A stretch of 64,000 bases of DNA from an uncultured Actinomycetota bacterium (GTDB taxonomy: Bacteria > Actinomycetota > Actinomycetes > Mycobacteriales > Mycobacteriaceae). How positions within the stretch are numbered: position 1 is the stretch's first letter; each line of letters opens with the position of its first letter. The stretch spans positions 532,869-596,868 of the forward strand of contig CAWCNE010000002.1 in assembly GCA_963796825.1 (NCBI GenBank). The letters run 5' to 3'. Below the pieces are notes generated by a model, which was not told where the DNA came from, made no database searches, and saw only the letters and a list, made by a program, of their open reading frames with translations. Both the position numbers and the translations under genes were made by a program. Below, one piece after another: positions 34,901 to 44,550 of the stretch.

Positions 34901-37900
34901 CCGCCGAAGTAGCCGGAGCCGCCATGCCCGCCGTCGCCGCCGTCACCACCGGTCCCGGCCGTCAAACCGGCCGCCCCACCTGCTCCGCCGCTGCCGCCTG
35001 CCCCGCCGTCGCCTCCGGGGCCGCCCGGAATCCCGCCCATCGGACCGCCCTGGGCGCCCAAACCACCCGTGCCGCCGACACCACCGGCGCCACCCGCCCC
35101 GCCATTACCGACGTCGCCCAGTGCGTTGCCGCCGGCACCGCCGTTGCCGCCGGCCCCGCCGTCGCCGCCGTCGGTACCGTCGAAGAGCGCGTTCGAGGCA
35201 CTGACGCCGCTGGCGCCCTGACCTCCGGCGCCGCCGTCGCCGCCGTTGCCGCCGCCGGTCCAACTGTCGCCGCCCTTGCCGCCATCGCCACCGGCCTGAC
35301 CGGTTCCGTCGACGCCATCGATGCCTCTACCGCCGTCGGCACCGTCGAGGTGCTCGGCCGTACCGTCGGCGCCGTCACCGCCACTGGCGGCGCGATCCCC
35401 GGACAGGACGCCACCACTGGGAACGTTGCTTCCGGAATCTCCGGTCTGCCCGCTGTCCCCGCCGGTGCCGCCGATGCCCGCCGATCCGGCCGCACCGCCA
35501 CTGCCGGCGTCGCCAAACGCGCCGTTGGCACCGCCATCGCCGCCGGCACCGTCCACGCCGCCGGCCCCGGCAAACCCAAACTGACCGTCGGCACCGTCGC
35601 CGCCCGCACCTGGTGCGCCGGCGTCACCGCCCTGACCGCCGTCGCCGCCGTCGCCGTTGGCGCCGACGCTGCCGTTGGCCGCTGCCCCGGCGTTGCCACC
35701 ATCACCACCTGCGCCGCCGTCGTATCCATCGCCGCCGTCGCCGCCGGTACCGCCCGCGCCGAGGTTCACTCCGGTCACGCCGGCCGTGCCGGTTTCACCG
35801 GGAGCACCCGGGGCACCGACACCGCCCTGGCCACCCGCACCACCGTCGCCGCCGTCACCCGAAACGGTGCCGCCGGCACCGCCGTCGCCCCCGGCACCAC
35901 CGTTGCCGCCGTCACCGCCAGTGACTTGACCGGCGTCGTCGAGCGCCGCAAAGCGCGCGAAGAGGGTGTGAGCAGGAGGTTCGTTGGCCCCGTTGGCGCC
36001 TGCGCCGCCGGCGCCGCCGCCGCCGCCCTTACCGATGTCGCCGCCATCGCCGCCGTTTCCGCCGTGGCCGCCGTCCGGGTGGGCCGCATCGCCGGCTGCG
36101 CCGGCTCCGCCGGCGCCGCCATGGATGTCTCCCACCGCGACGGTATTGCCATCGCGGCCGAAGGCGCCGTCGTTGCCGCCTAGCCCGCCAGCGCCCGCTG
36201 ACCCGCCGGCACCGCCGTGCCCCGCCACCCCGATAGTTCCAGCGCCGGCGTTGCCGCCGTCCCCGCCGGCACCGTCCCGCCCGCCGGAGCCGGCTAGATC
36301 CCACTCTCCGGTCGCGCCGTCGCCGCCAGAGCCAGGCGCGCCAGCGTCACCGCCCTTGCCGCCGGCGCCGCCGTCACCGTTGAGACCCACGCTGCCGTTG
36401 GTGGCGGATCCCCCGGAGCCGCCGGAGCCACCATGACCGCCATCGAAGCCGTTACCGCCTCCGTCACCGCCGTTGCCGCCGACCCCGTCATCGACCCCGG
36501 CCACCCCGGTCGCGCCGTCCTTGCCCTGGAGGCCCGAAGCGCCGGCACCGCCGGTACCACCGGTCCCTCCGGACCCGCCGTCACCCGATTGCGAGCCGCC
36601 GGCTCCACCGTCGCCACCGTGGCCACCGGCAGAACCAATACTGTGGACCCCGACCGCACCGGCACCGCCGCCACCACCGTCACCGCCGTTGCCGACCGCT
36701 CCGGCATCACCGCCGCCACCACCGTTGCCCCCGATTGCACCTGCGGCGGCGGCATCGAAGCCGTCGCCCCCGTTGCCGCCGTTGCCATGTGAGGTCAGGT
36801 CGCTGCCTTCGCCGCCGTGCAGACCGGCCGTGCCGCCGCCGGTGCCGCCGGTTCCGGCCGCGCCGCCGCCACCACCGTGGCCGATGCTCCCCGGGTCCCC
36901 ACCGTCACCGCCGTCTCCACCGTCGAGATGATCGGCGGTACCGTCCGCGCCGAGACCACCCGTACCACCCGATCCGGCATCGCCACCGGACCCACCGGAC
37001 CCGCCGTTGCCGGTCGCGCCATCACTGGCGAACGAACCGTGGCCTGCGCTGCCGCCGATGCCACCGTGACCACCGTCGCCGCCTGTTCCGCCGTCTCCGG
37101 CATCACCGCCATCACCGGTCCCGCCGTCGGCGAAGTCACCTGAGGCGCCCGCGCCGCCGGTGCCGCCGTCGCCTCCCAAGCCCCCCATACCGGCGTTGCC
37201 ACCGTCGCCGCCCGCGCCGAAGAAATAGCCGCCATCGCCGCCCGCGCCGCCGGCACCGCCGTTACCGCCGACACCACCGTTGAGGCCGGCGCTACCGGTC
37301 GAAGCCTCCAAGGGTGAGATGCCCGCCCCGCCATGAGCACCCACCCCGCCGTCACCGCCGTGGCTGAAGAACAAGCCACCTGCCCCGCCAGCACCGCCGG
37401 CCCCGCCGGTCCCGCCGTCGGGATGCAGATCGGTGCCGTCGCCACCCAGACCGCCGTCGCCGCCGTTGCCGCCGAATCCGTAGAAGTAGCCACCCGCACC
37501 GCCGGCACCGCCCACACCGCCGTCGCCGCCATAGAGGCCGTCGGTGCCGTTCGCGCCGTCACCGCCATTGCCGAACAGGAACGCGGCATTGCCGGCCACA
37601 CCAGGATCACCATTGACCGGCACGGTTTCGGGCAGCGCCAACAGGCTCACCTCAGAATTGGGATCAATGCCCCCGGCGTCGCCGCCATCCCCGATAAACC
37701 ACCCGGCACTGCCACCGTCGCCGCCGAAATAGCCGTCCCCGCCATCGCCCAACCACAACCCGCCATCAGCGCCGTCAGGATTCAACGCCGTTCCATCAAC
37801 ACCGTCGCCAATCAGGAACTGACCCGACCACGTGTTGACCAGATCACCGAACTGGATGCCCGACGGGCTGTTGATCCAGGCCTCGATGTCGGTGTGCAAC

Positions 37901-38263
37901 GGGGCGTAGACGAACTGGCCGAACCAGTCATCGAACGGCACCGCCTCCGGCGAGCGGAACGGCCGCGGCCGCTACAACGCCCGGCAAATCCGTGGCAGCC
38001 ACGTCCAGATTCCACGTCGACGGGTCCAGCCACGCCGAGAAATCCAGCGCCTCCACCGGCGGCGCGGCGTTCACCACCGGATCGATGATTAGATCCACCC
38101 AGTCGGTCAAAACATCGGCCTGCGCAGAAGGCAAAGCGGTCAACGGGCTCAAACCAAACGCCAGAAACGCGCCCGCGCCGGCGCTCATACCGATGGCCCG
38201 ACCGCGGCGCGCTGCGAACCCTCGCGACTGACGATTCCGCTTACAACCCCGCCGACCAGCCAT
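31975..38263 (-). CDS. Very large Gly-rich PGRS-repeat protein with a signal peptide and no PE domain; frameshifts near 37940, 33440-33620 and 32100
   Basis: Basic N-region, hydrophobic core and AQA-D cleavage site; GQFLIGDG..G linker; ~1900 aa of GGxGGxG repeats in ORFs 33508-37941 and 32096-33445. Confidence 0.85.
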
Positions 38264-38271
38264 TACACGCC

Positions 38272-38336
38272 TCTCAGGTCCCCGGGCTGAGAGTTTCCTT
38301 CGCGAATTCTTCGGAAAATCTCAGCCAATCCTGAGA
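38272..38336. promoter_or_regulatory. Nested inverted repeats with four TCTCAG hexamers upstream of the PGRS gene
   Basis: GGCTGAGAGTTTCC (38285-98)/GGAAAATCTCAGCC (38313-26), flanked by TCTCAGG/CCTGAGA. Confidence 0.5.
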
Positions 38337-38369
38337 CCCGAGGCTAAGCGGACACCGTCCCAACCGATA

Positions 38370-38383
38370 CAGGGAAAACCCTG
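38370..38383. promoter_or_regulatory. Palindromic operator copy 1 (CAGGG-N4-CCCTG)
   Basis: gataCAGGGAAAACCCTGgaatt upstream of the PGRS gene. Confidence 0.65.
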
Positions 38384-38413
38384 GAATTCGTGGTGCCGGC
38401 GGCTACGCCGACC

Positions 38414-38869
38414 TCAGTGCGGCTGCAGCCCGAAATGGGAATAACAAGGCTCAGCTCTTTGTCCGGGTGAGGTTGTGAGTGCGGGCGACCACATGGTCGG
38501 AACACCATCGACGAGCCAGCAATTCTTATCTGACAGGTCGACAGCCTTCTTCGCCTGGTCCGTACCTTGCTTCGCCTGATCCGCGCCCTGCTTTGCCTGG
38601 TCCGCGGCCTGCTTCGCCTGATCCGCGGCCTGCTTCGCCTGGTCCGCGGCCTGCTTCGCCTGGTCCGCGCCGTTCTTCGTCTCGTCCAAGGCCCGTTGGG
38701 CGGCGGCAGCGGCTTTCTGTTGGTCCTTGCACTGTTGCTGCTGTTCGGTCGGTTGGTCAGCACACGGATCTGGCGGATCGTCTGCGCTGGAAATTGGAGT
38801 CCAAAGCAGCAGAGCGGCCGCAACAACGGCTAAAGCGGACGCCGTGCGGCCCGTCGAGTGCTTTGTCAT
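38414..38869 (-). CDS. Small secreted protein with six heptad repeats
   Basis: Signal peptide ending SSA-DD; (A/G)ADQAKQ x6 flanked by Cys pairs; GGAAGG RBS. Confidence 0.75.
   Translation of the reverse strand: MTKHSTGRTASALAVVAAALLLWTPISSADDPPDPCADQPTEQQQQCKDQQKAAAAAQRALDETKNGADQAKQAADQAKQAADQAKQAADQAKQGADQAKQGTDQAKKAVDLSDKNCWLVDGVPTMWSPALTTSPGQRAEPCYSHFGLQPH
38546..38671. repeat. 21-bp tandem repeat, six copies
   Basis: Unit approximately ctgcttcgcctggtccgcggc encoding AADQAKQ. Confidence 0.85.
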
Positions 38870-38941
38870 GTGGATCTACCTTCCTGATGGTGCGCAGAAG
38901 TTGCTAGGGCCGACGCTAGGCGGGACAAAGCCCCGGGGATA

Positions 38942-38955
38942 CAGGGATTTCCCTG
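38942..38955. promoter_or_regulatory. Palindromic operator copy 2
   Basis: gataCAGGGATTTCCCTGgaaatt upstream of the heptad-repeat gene. Confidence 0.65.
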
Positions 38956-38986
38956 GAAATTGCGTTCGAGAAGGCGCCGAATACAG

Positions 38987-39250
38987 CTACGCGCCGATAT
39001 CGGCCCGCGTCACCGGAGTGACACGGTCGGTGTGCCAACCGGCCTGTTGACAGGCCTGGATGACCGCTTCGGCAGAGTCCGCGGCGAGCACACCGAAAAT
39101 GGTCTCGTCGCTGGGTGCGGTCAGTGCCCCCAACAACCGCACCCGCCCAGCGCGCGCTACCTCTTTCAGCCGGTCAACGGCATCATCGAACGACGTCAGA
39201 GCGAGGTCCGGCTGGTACCACTCGACCAGAAAGCAAGGGCTAGTAGACAC
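38987..39250 (-). CDS. Small protein, possibly DUF4242-like
   Basis: FLVEWY...PSDET.F....A.S.EAV...C..AG...DRV pattern; lies directly downstream of the LuxR ATPase. Confidence 0.6.
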   Translation of the reverse strand: MSTSPCFLVEWYQPDLALTSFDDAVDRLKEVARAGRVRLLGALTAPSDETIFGVLAADSAEAVIQACQQAGWHTDRVTPVTRADIGA

Positions 39251-39286
39251 GTGTCTGACGTTACTATTCCCGCAACAGACACGGAA

Positions 39287-42034
39287 TCAGGGTTTTCCCC
39301 GGTAAATCCCTAGCGCCGCCGACAATCCTGCCCGTGAGCGGATACCGAGTTTGCGGTAGACGCTACTGAGATTCATTTCCACGGTTTTCGGAGCGATGAA
39401 CAATTCGGCCGCGATTTCCTTATTGGACTGCCCGCCGGCGGCCAATTCGGCGACCCGCCGCTCGGCCGCCGTCAGCCCGACACCGTCGGCGACCGGAACA
39501 TTGAGACGCTCAATTTCGGCTTCCGCGCGCTTGGCCCACAGCGGCGTTTCCAGGCGCTCAAAGGTTTCGAGAGCCTCGCGCAATGTCGCTTCGGCCGCCT
39601 GTTTGCGGCGCCGCCGGCGTTGTAGCTGACCCAGTAGCAGCTGGGTACGCGCCTTCTCGAAGGGCATCGGCAGGCGCCGGTGCTGACCCATCGCCGCAAG
39701 GGCAGCCTGCTCGGCGGCATCGAGTTCGCCGCGCGCGGCCAGCACATGACTCCGGCTCCGTGCACCAACCGCGAGCATCCAGGCCCGGTCGTGGTGGGCC
39801 CCGTTGCGCTCGAGGGCGGCAACCAGCGGCTCCGCTTCGTCCACCCGCCCCAGGCCAGTCAGCGCCTCTATCGCGTCGGGAAGGTAACCGCCCGTGAGCA
39901 TCTCAGTGTCGTGCGCGGGATCGAATGACGCCAACAGCGGCTCCAGATGAGCAATTGCGGCTGCGTAGTTGCCCAGCGAGACTTCGAGAAAACCCAGCGT
40001 CGCCGTCGGTGTGCCGACCAGGAAGACGGATCCAGTGGACACGGCCGTGTCGATCGCGGAGCGGGCGGCCGTGCGCGCCTCACTTGGACGACCGGTGTAT
40101 GCGGCAATTCTCGACTGACACGCCCACAGGTGGATGAGTTGGTTCTTACCGGCCATCTGTTCGGCACGCTGCACGGCATCGTCGACCGTTGCGGCGGCAT
40201 CGTCGTAGCGACCGCGGTAGATGTCCATCATCGCCGCCTCGTTCGCGGCCCAGACGATGTCGATCTCCGTACCGCTCTGCAGCAGGCGCTGCTGCAGCTT
40301 GTGCATCTGGTCCCGGGCGCTGTCCAACTGGCCGGCCCAACCGCTGACGACGGCGGCCACTGCGCTCGCCCGGAAGGTCGCGGCCGCTGCGGTATCCGGA
40401 TCCTCCAGATCCAACGCCCTTTGCAGAGATGGCTGGTCAAGGCCGAGCCCGTACATAAAGCTGACCAACACCCAAATGGCCAGAGCCTGGCTTAACAATT
40501 GGTCATTACCAAGGCGCTCGGCCTCCGCGACCGCCACACGGGCGTGGTCGACGCAAGCCTTCATGTTTCCGGTCAGGCCCACCCCCGGCGCCAACAGCAG
40601 TCGGGCTTGTAGCTTCAACGCTGGGTCGTCGGCGGCATCAACCGCTTGAGTAAGCGCGGCGACGGCGGTCACCATGCTTTCGTCATGGCCGGTGACCGCT
40701 GCCAGCAACATCAAGGCGATGCACCGAAGCGGGCTGGTGGTCGGCAACCGATCGATGGTCGATTGCAAGCGGGTTCGTGCTTGACCGAGCGCCCCGGAGC
40801 GAAAGTGCAACTCGGCAGCCCGAATTCGACGCACCGTGCTATCGCCGCCGAGTTTGATTGCCAATTCCAGCAATTCGGCAGCTACCGCGGGCGCGCCCTG
40901 GGCCGCGGTGACGTCGGCGGCCTTGTCGAGCGCGTCGAGCGTTGCCGAGTCGCCAGTGGTGGCCGCTAGCGCGAGATGTCGCGCCCTCAGCTCGGGTTCC
41001 TCGACGGTGTCCGCGAGCTTACGATGCATGGCCCGGCGTTGTGGCGGGCTTGCCCCGGTGTAAACGCCGCTGGCGAACAAGGGATGACAGAACCGGACCT
41101 TGTTGCCCTCCAATTCGACGACGCCGGAAGCTTCGGCAGATTCGACGACTTCCACGACGTGGTCCACGGTGAGATCAATGGCTCGGCTCACCCGCTCCAC
41201 GGTGGGCAGCGCCGCGCACGAGGCGGCCAGCAGCACCGCACTGAGTTCGCCATTTGGTTGACCGATCCGCTGGCGCACCAGCGCGGCAAGAGAATCAGGC
41301 AGGTCGCCCATCCCGCGCGAGGGCTCGTCGGCAACCGACCGAGCCAGCTCGAGCGCGAAAAATGGATTGCCGCCCGACACTTCATGAATCCGGGTGATCA
41401 GCGGACGGGGCAGCGTATGACCCAAATGCTTCGAGATCAGCGAATGCACACCGCCCAGCGTGAGGGGATGCATCTTCACGCGCGCGGTGGAGTCAGGACG
41501 TGCCAGCTTGAGCCATGACAACGGCTCGCCGCCACGGGGATCGCCGGTACGGACGCTGGCCAAGACCCCGACCCGCCCGCCGAGGCGGCGACCGGCGTAT
41601 CCGAACACCACCTGACTGGACGAGTCGAGCCATTGCGTGTCATCGATGATCACCAGCACCGGCGCATCGACGCCGAGGAGCTGAAGTACTGACAAGAACG
41701 CGGTGGCAACCGTCCGCTCGTTCGTCGGCGGACCGTCACCGGCGAGCAGCAGCACCCGCTCCAACGCCGTCCGCTGCACGGCGGGCAGATCGGCAAGGAC
41801 GGCAGTATCGACGGTGTCGAGCAAGTCGGCCACCGCCGCATAGGCGTAACGCGCTTCGGCCAGCGCCCCCGCCGTCGACAGGACGCGGAAGCCTTTGGCC
41901 GCGGCGGCCTCGGCAACGCTCCACAGGAATGTGGTCTTGCCCATTCCGGCTTCGCCCTCGACCACCATCCCCGCTGGTCCGGACAAAGCACGCTTCAGAA
42001 AGTCCCGTACCGCGTGGACGTCCCCTTGCCGCAC
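39287..42034 (-). CDS. Large ATP-binding LuxR-family (LAL/MalT-like) transcriptional regulator; start uncertain, ORF open to 42184
   Basis: Walker A GEAGMGKT, Walker B IIDDTQWLD, SGGNPFFALE, C-terminal HTH LTAAERRVAELAAGGQSNKEIA..LFIAPKTVE...VYRKLG. Confidence 0.92.
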   Translation of the reverse strand: MRQGDVHAVRDFLKRALSGPAGMVVEGEAGMGKTTFLWSVAEAAAAKGFRVLSTAGALAEARYAYAAVADLLDTVDTAVLADLPAVQRTALERVLLLAGDGPPTNERTVATAFLSVLQLLGVDAPVLVIIDDTQWLDSSSQVVFGYAGRRLGGRVGVLASVRTGDPRGGEPLSWLKLARPDSTARVKMHPLTLGGVHSLISKHLGHTLPRPLITRIHEVSGGNPFFALELARSVADEPSRGMGDLPDSLAALVRQRIGQPNGELSAVLLAASCAALPTVERVSRAIDLTVDHVVEVVESAEASGVVELEGNKVRFCHPLFASGVYTGASPPQRRAMHRKLADTVEEPELRARHLALAATTGDSATLDALDKAADVTAAQGAPAVAAELLELAIKLGGDSTVRRIRAAELHFRSGALGQARTRLQSTIDRLPTTSPLRCIALMLLAAVTGHDESMVTAVAALTQAVDAADDPALKLQARLLLAPGVGLTGNMKACVDHARVAVAEAERLGNDQLLSQALAIWVLVSFMYGLGLDQPSLQRALDLEDPDTAAAATFRASAVAAVVSGWAGQLDSARDQMHKLQQRLLQSGTEIDIVWAANEAAMMDIYRGRYDDAAATVDDAVQRAEQMAGKNQLIHLWACQSRIAAYTGRPSEARTAARSAIDTAVSTGSVFLVGTPTATLGFLEVSLGNYAAAIAHLEPLLASFDPAHDTEMLTGGYLPDAIEALTGLGRVDEAEPLVAALERNGAHHDRAWMLAVGARSRSHVLAARGELDAAEQAALAAMGQHRRLPMPFEKARTQLLLGQLQRRRRRKQAAEATLREALETFERLETPLWAKRAEAEIERLNVPVADGVGLTAAERRVAELAAGGQSNKEIAAELFIAPKTVEMNLSSVYRKLGIRSRAGLSAALGIYRGKP
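39288..39301. promoter_or_regulatory. Palindromic operator copy 3, overlapping the last codons of the regulator
   Basis: CAGGGTTTTCCCCG upstream of the 87-aa gene. Confidence 0.55.
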
Positions 42035-42258
42035 CAGCAATCCCCTCGTTTGCGTAATACGGAATCTGGCAGCCAAGTTACAGAACATTCCCAGGGTCTT
42101 GCGGCTTTCTGAATGCATTTGAGTTTGGTATGCGCATACGTCTGAATGCGAACCGCAAGTATCCGGTACCGCGGGTATTGACATCTTCGCGCAGGCTCCC
42201 TACCGTTTGGACATACGTCGACGAAGACGTGCGCGAATCGGCGACAAGGAGCGGCACC

Positions 42259-43161
42259 ATGACCAGTGCGGTGAAGCCGGCGGGGCGCGGTCGTGAAGAC
42301 TTCTCCGACCGTCTCCTCAAGGGTTCGGTCAAGAAGTCGTACGAGCCAGTAGTCGACATCGACTGGGACGCGCCCCTGGACCCGGACAAGTTCTACCTTC
42401 CGCCCCGCGTCGTGTCGTTGTACGGAACGCCGTTGTGGGACAGCATGACTCGTGCTCAGCGCATCGAACTGTCCCGTCAGGAACTGGTGAACACGCTGTC
42501 GGCCGGCATCTGGTTCGAGAACATCCTGAACCAGGCGCTGCTGCGCAAGGTCATGCACACCGACCCCACCAGCAGTGCAACCCATTACGCGCTGACCGAA
42601 CTCGGTGACGAAACCCGTCACATGGTGATGTTCGGCAAAGCCATCGAGCGGGTCGGCGCCAAGCCGGTGCGCCCGAGGCTCTTCCACCGGATGATCATCA
42701 ACACGCTGCCGTTCTTCTTCCGCGGATCGGTGCTCTGGGTTGCCGCGCTGATCGGTGAGGAGATCTTCGACTCGCTGCAGCGGCAAATGATGGACGACCC
42801 TGAGCTGCAGCCAATCGTCCAGCGGCTCATGCGAATTCACGTCACCGAAGAAGCCCGTCACATCCAGTTCGCGCGCGACGGGCTGCGCAAGCGGTCGCCG
42901 AAGATGCGCCGTCCGGAGCGGTGGTTCGTCGGCAACGTGAACGGACTGGGCGGGTGGTTCTTCCGCTACCTGTTCACCAACCAAGTCCAATATGCGCGGG
43001 CCGGCCTCAACGCCCGGGAGGCCCGTAGGCTCGCCCGCAACAGCCCGCACCGCAAAGAGGTGCAGGTGGCCGGGTTCGCCCCGTTGGCGGAGTTCCTCGA
43101 CGAGGTCGGATTGATGGGCCCGATCGCGCGCCGCGGCTGGACGCGCACCAAGTTCCTGTGA
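42259..43161 (+). CDS. AurF-family di-iron oxygenase
   Basis: GIWFE, DETRH, GEE..D, IHVTEEARH carboxylate/His ligands; AAGGAG RBS. Confidence 0.85.
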   Translation: MTSAVKPAGRGREDFSDRLLKGSVKKSYEPVVDIDWDAPLDPDKFYLPPRVVSLYGTPLWDSMTRAQRIELSRQELVNTLSAGIWFENILNQALLRKVMHTDPTSSATHYALTELGDETRHMVMFGKAIERVGAKPVRPRLFHRMIINTLPFFFRGSVLWVAALIGEEIFDSLQRQMMDDPELQPIVQRLMRIHVTEEARHIQFARDGLRKRSPKMRRPERWFVGNVNGLGGWFFRYLFTNQVQYARAGLNAREARRLARNSPHRKEVQVAGFAPLAEFLDEVGLMGPIARRGWTRTKFL

Positions 43162-44318
43162 CCGAGCCCGTCCACGGCGTCGTCCTGGTCGGCGACGCGG
43201 ACGCCGCCAGCGAGTTGCTGGCGGCCGGTATCCACGACTTCGTGATTTTCGACCGCGCGGTGGTCAGCTCGGTGTTCGACGACGCCACCGACACCTGGAC
43301 GCTCGCCGCCGAGGACGGCGAGACCTGCCGCGGCCGCGTAGTGGTCGCCTGCGAGTCGCCGTTCGTACCCCTCGTGCCTGATTTGGTGGGCCGCAGAGAC
43401 TTTCGTGGTACCGCCATGCATGCGGCGATGCCCGTCGCATATTTCGAACCGGCCGGCAAGACGGTTGCCGTCATCGGCGCCGACTCCAGCGCCGGCGAGT
43501 TGATCGAGCGCATGGCCAATTCGGGCGCGAGGATCAAGGTTTTCCCGCTGGCACCCCGCCGGGCCGTTCCACGACTGCGGCGCGGCATACGCATCCCGCG
43601 CCGGCGCCGCATCGAGGTGATCTCGTCGCCCATCGAGGAGGTCACCGCGGTCGGTGTCCGCACTGTCGACGGTGTGCACCACGATGCCGACGCGATCGTC
43701 TACGGCACCGGATTTGCGGTGCGCGCCGGCCTTCCGGACGACACGCTGGTGGGCTCTCACGGCATGAGTATCCAGCGGGCATGGACCGACGGAGCCGAGC
43801 CCTACCTCGGGGTGGCCGTGCACAATTTCCCGAACTACTTCACGCTCAGCGGTCCAGATTTCCCGGTAGCGATGCGTTACATCGTCGGGTGCCTGCAACT
43901 CCTGGGGGGCCACCGCCGGATCGAGGTTCGCCGCAGCGCACAGGGTGTTTTCAACGAGCGGCTTCACCTGCGTGGCCGCTCGTGGGAGTTGGAGACCTCT
44001 GCGTTCGAGTTGTCGTCGGCCGCCGACGCGCACGACGACGCCTACGACGGTCCGGCCATCTTGAGAGCCGCCGACACCGCGAAACACGTCCGAGTCGCCC
44101 TGACTGGGCATATCGAACCGATCGACGGTCAATACCATTGGCAGGGAACAGTTTTCGATGCGATACCAGCCGACCTGGTGCGCGCCCGCGAATTGACAGT
44201 GACGGTGGGTGAACGCACCGCCGTCGCCCGCATCACCGAACAGACACCGCAGGGCACGCACTCGATCGCCGGGGTCGGCGCGCCGCCCTATCCGCTCGCG
44301 CATCTTCAGTTCACCTAG
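43158..44318 (+). CDS. Flavin-monooxygenase-like protein with C-terminal DUF4873, Rv0943c-like
   Basis: FRGTAMH, DAIVYGTGF, PYLGVAVHNFPNYF, LTGHIEPIDGQYHWQG...GVGAPPY. Confidence 0.78.
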   Translation: MTEPVHGVVLVGDADAASELLAAGIHDFVIFDRAVVSSVFDDATDTWTLAAEDGETCRGRVVVACESPFVPLVPDLVGRRDFRGTAMHAAMPVAYFEPAGKTVAVIGADSSAGELIERMANSGARIKVFPLAPRRAVPRLRRGIRIPRRRRIEVISSPIEEVTAVGVRTVDGVHHDADAIVYGTGFAVRAGLPDDTLVGSHGMSIQRAWTDGAEPYLGVAVHNFPNYFTLSGPDFPVAMRYIVGCLQLLGGHRRIEVRRSAQGVFNERLHLRGRSWELETSAFELSSAADAHDDAYDGPAILRAADTAKHVRVALTGHIEPIDGQYHWQGTVFDAIPADLVRARELTVTVGERTAVARITEQTPQGTHSIAGVGAPPYPLAHLQFT

Positions 44319-44332
44319 CCAACGCTCAGCAA

Positions 44333-44358
44333 GGTTGCCTGGTCAATCCGTTGGGTAT
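44333..44358 (+). promoter_or_regulatory. SigF-type promoter
   Basis: GGTT-N16-GGGTAT, 6 nt before ATG 44365. Confidence 0.65.
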
Positions 44359-44364
44359 CCCGAC

Positions 44365-44550
44365 ATGGGAAACGCAATGGCAACCAACAACAGCAAGCTC
44401 AACGTAGTGGCGGTAGGCGCCTCGGCCGGTGGAGTCGAGGCGCCTCAAACCCGCCGCTTGGCCGAACACGTGACTCCCGGGCTGCTCAGTGCGGTGGTGA
44501 GCGACCGGCTGTCAGAGGTCTACCGCCGAGACCGAGGCGCCGATGAATAG
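44365..44550 (+). pseudogene. cheB: Internally deleted CheB methylesterase remnant
   Basis: VVAVGASAGGVEA (CheB catalytic Ser motif) followed by only ~35 residues. Confidence 0.6.

Noticed and set aside
31982..38088. Long Pro-rich and Ala/Thr-rich ORFs on other frames
   Set aside because: Shadow frames of the Gly-rich PGRS repeats
38546..38671. 21-bp repeats as a CRISPR array
   Set aside because: Head-to-tail coding repeats with no spacers and no cas genes
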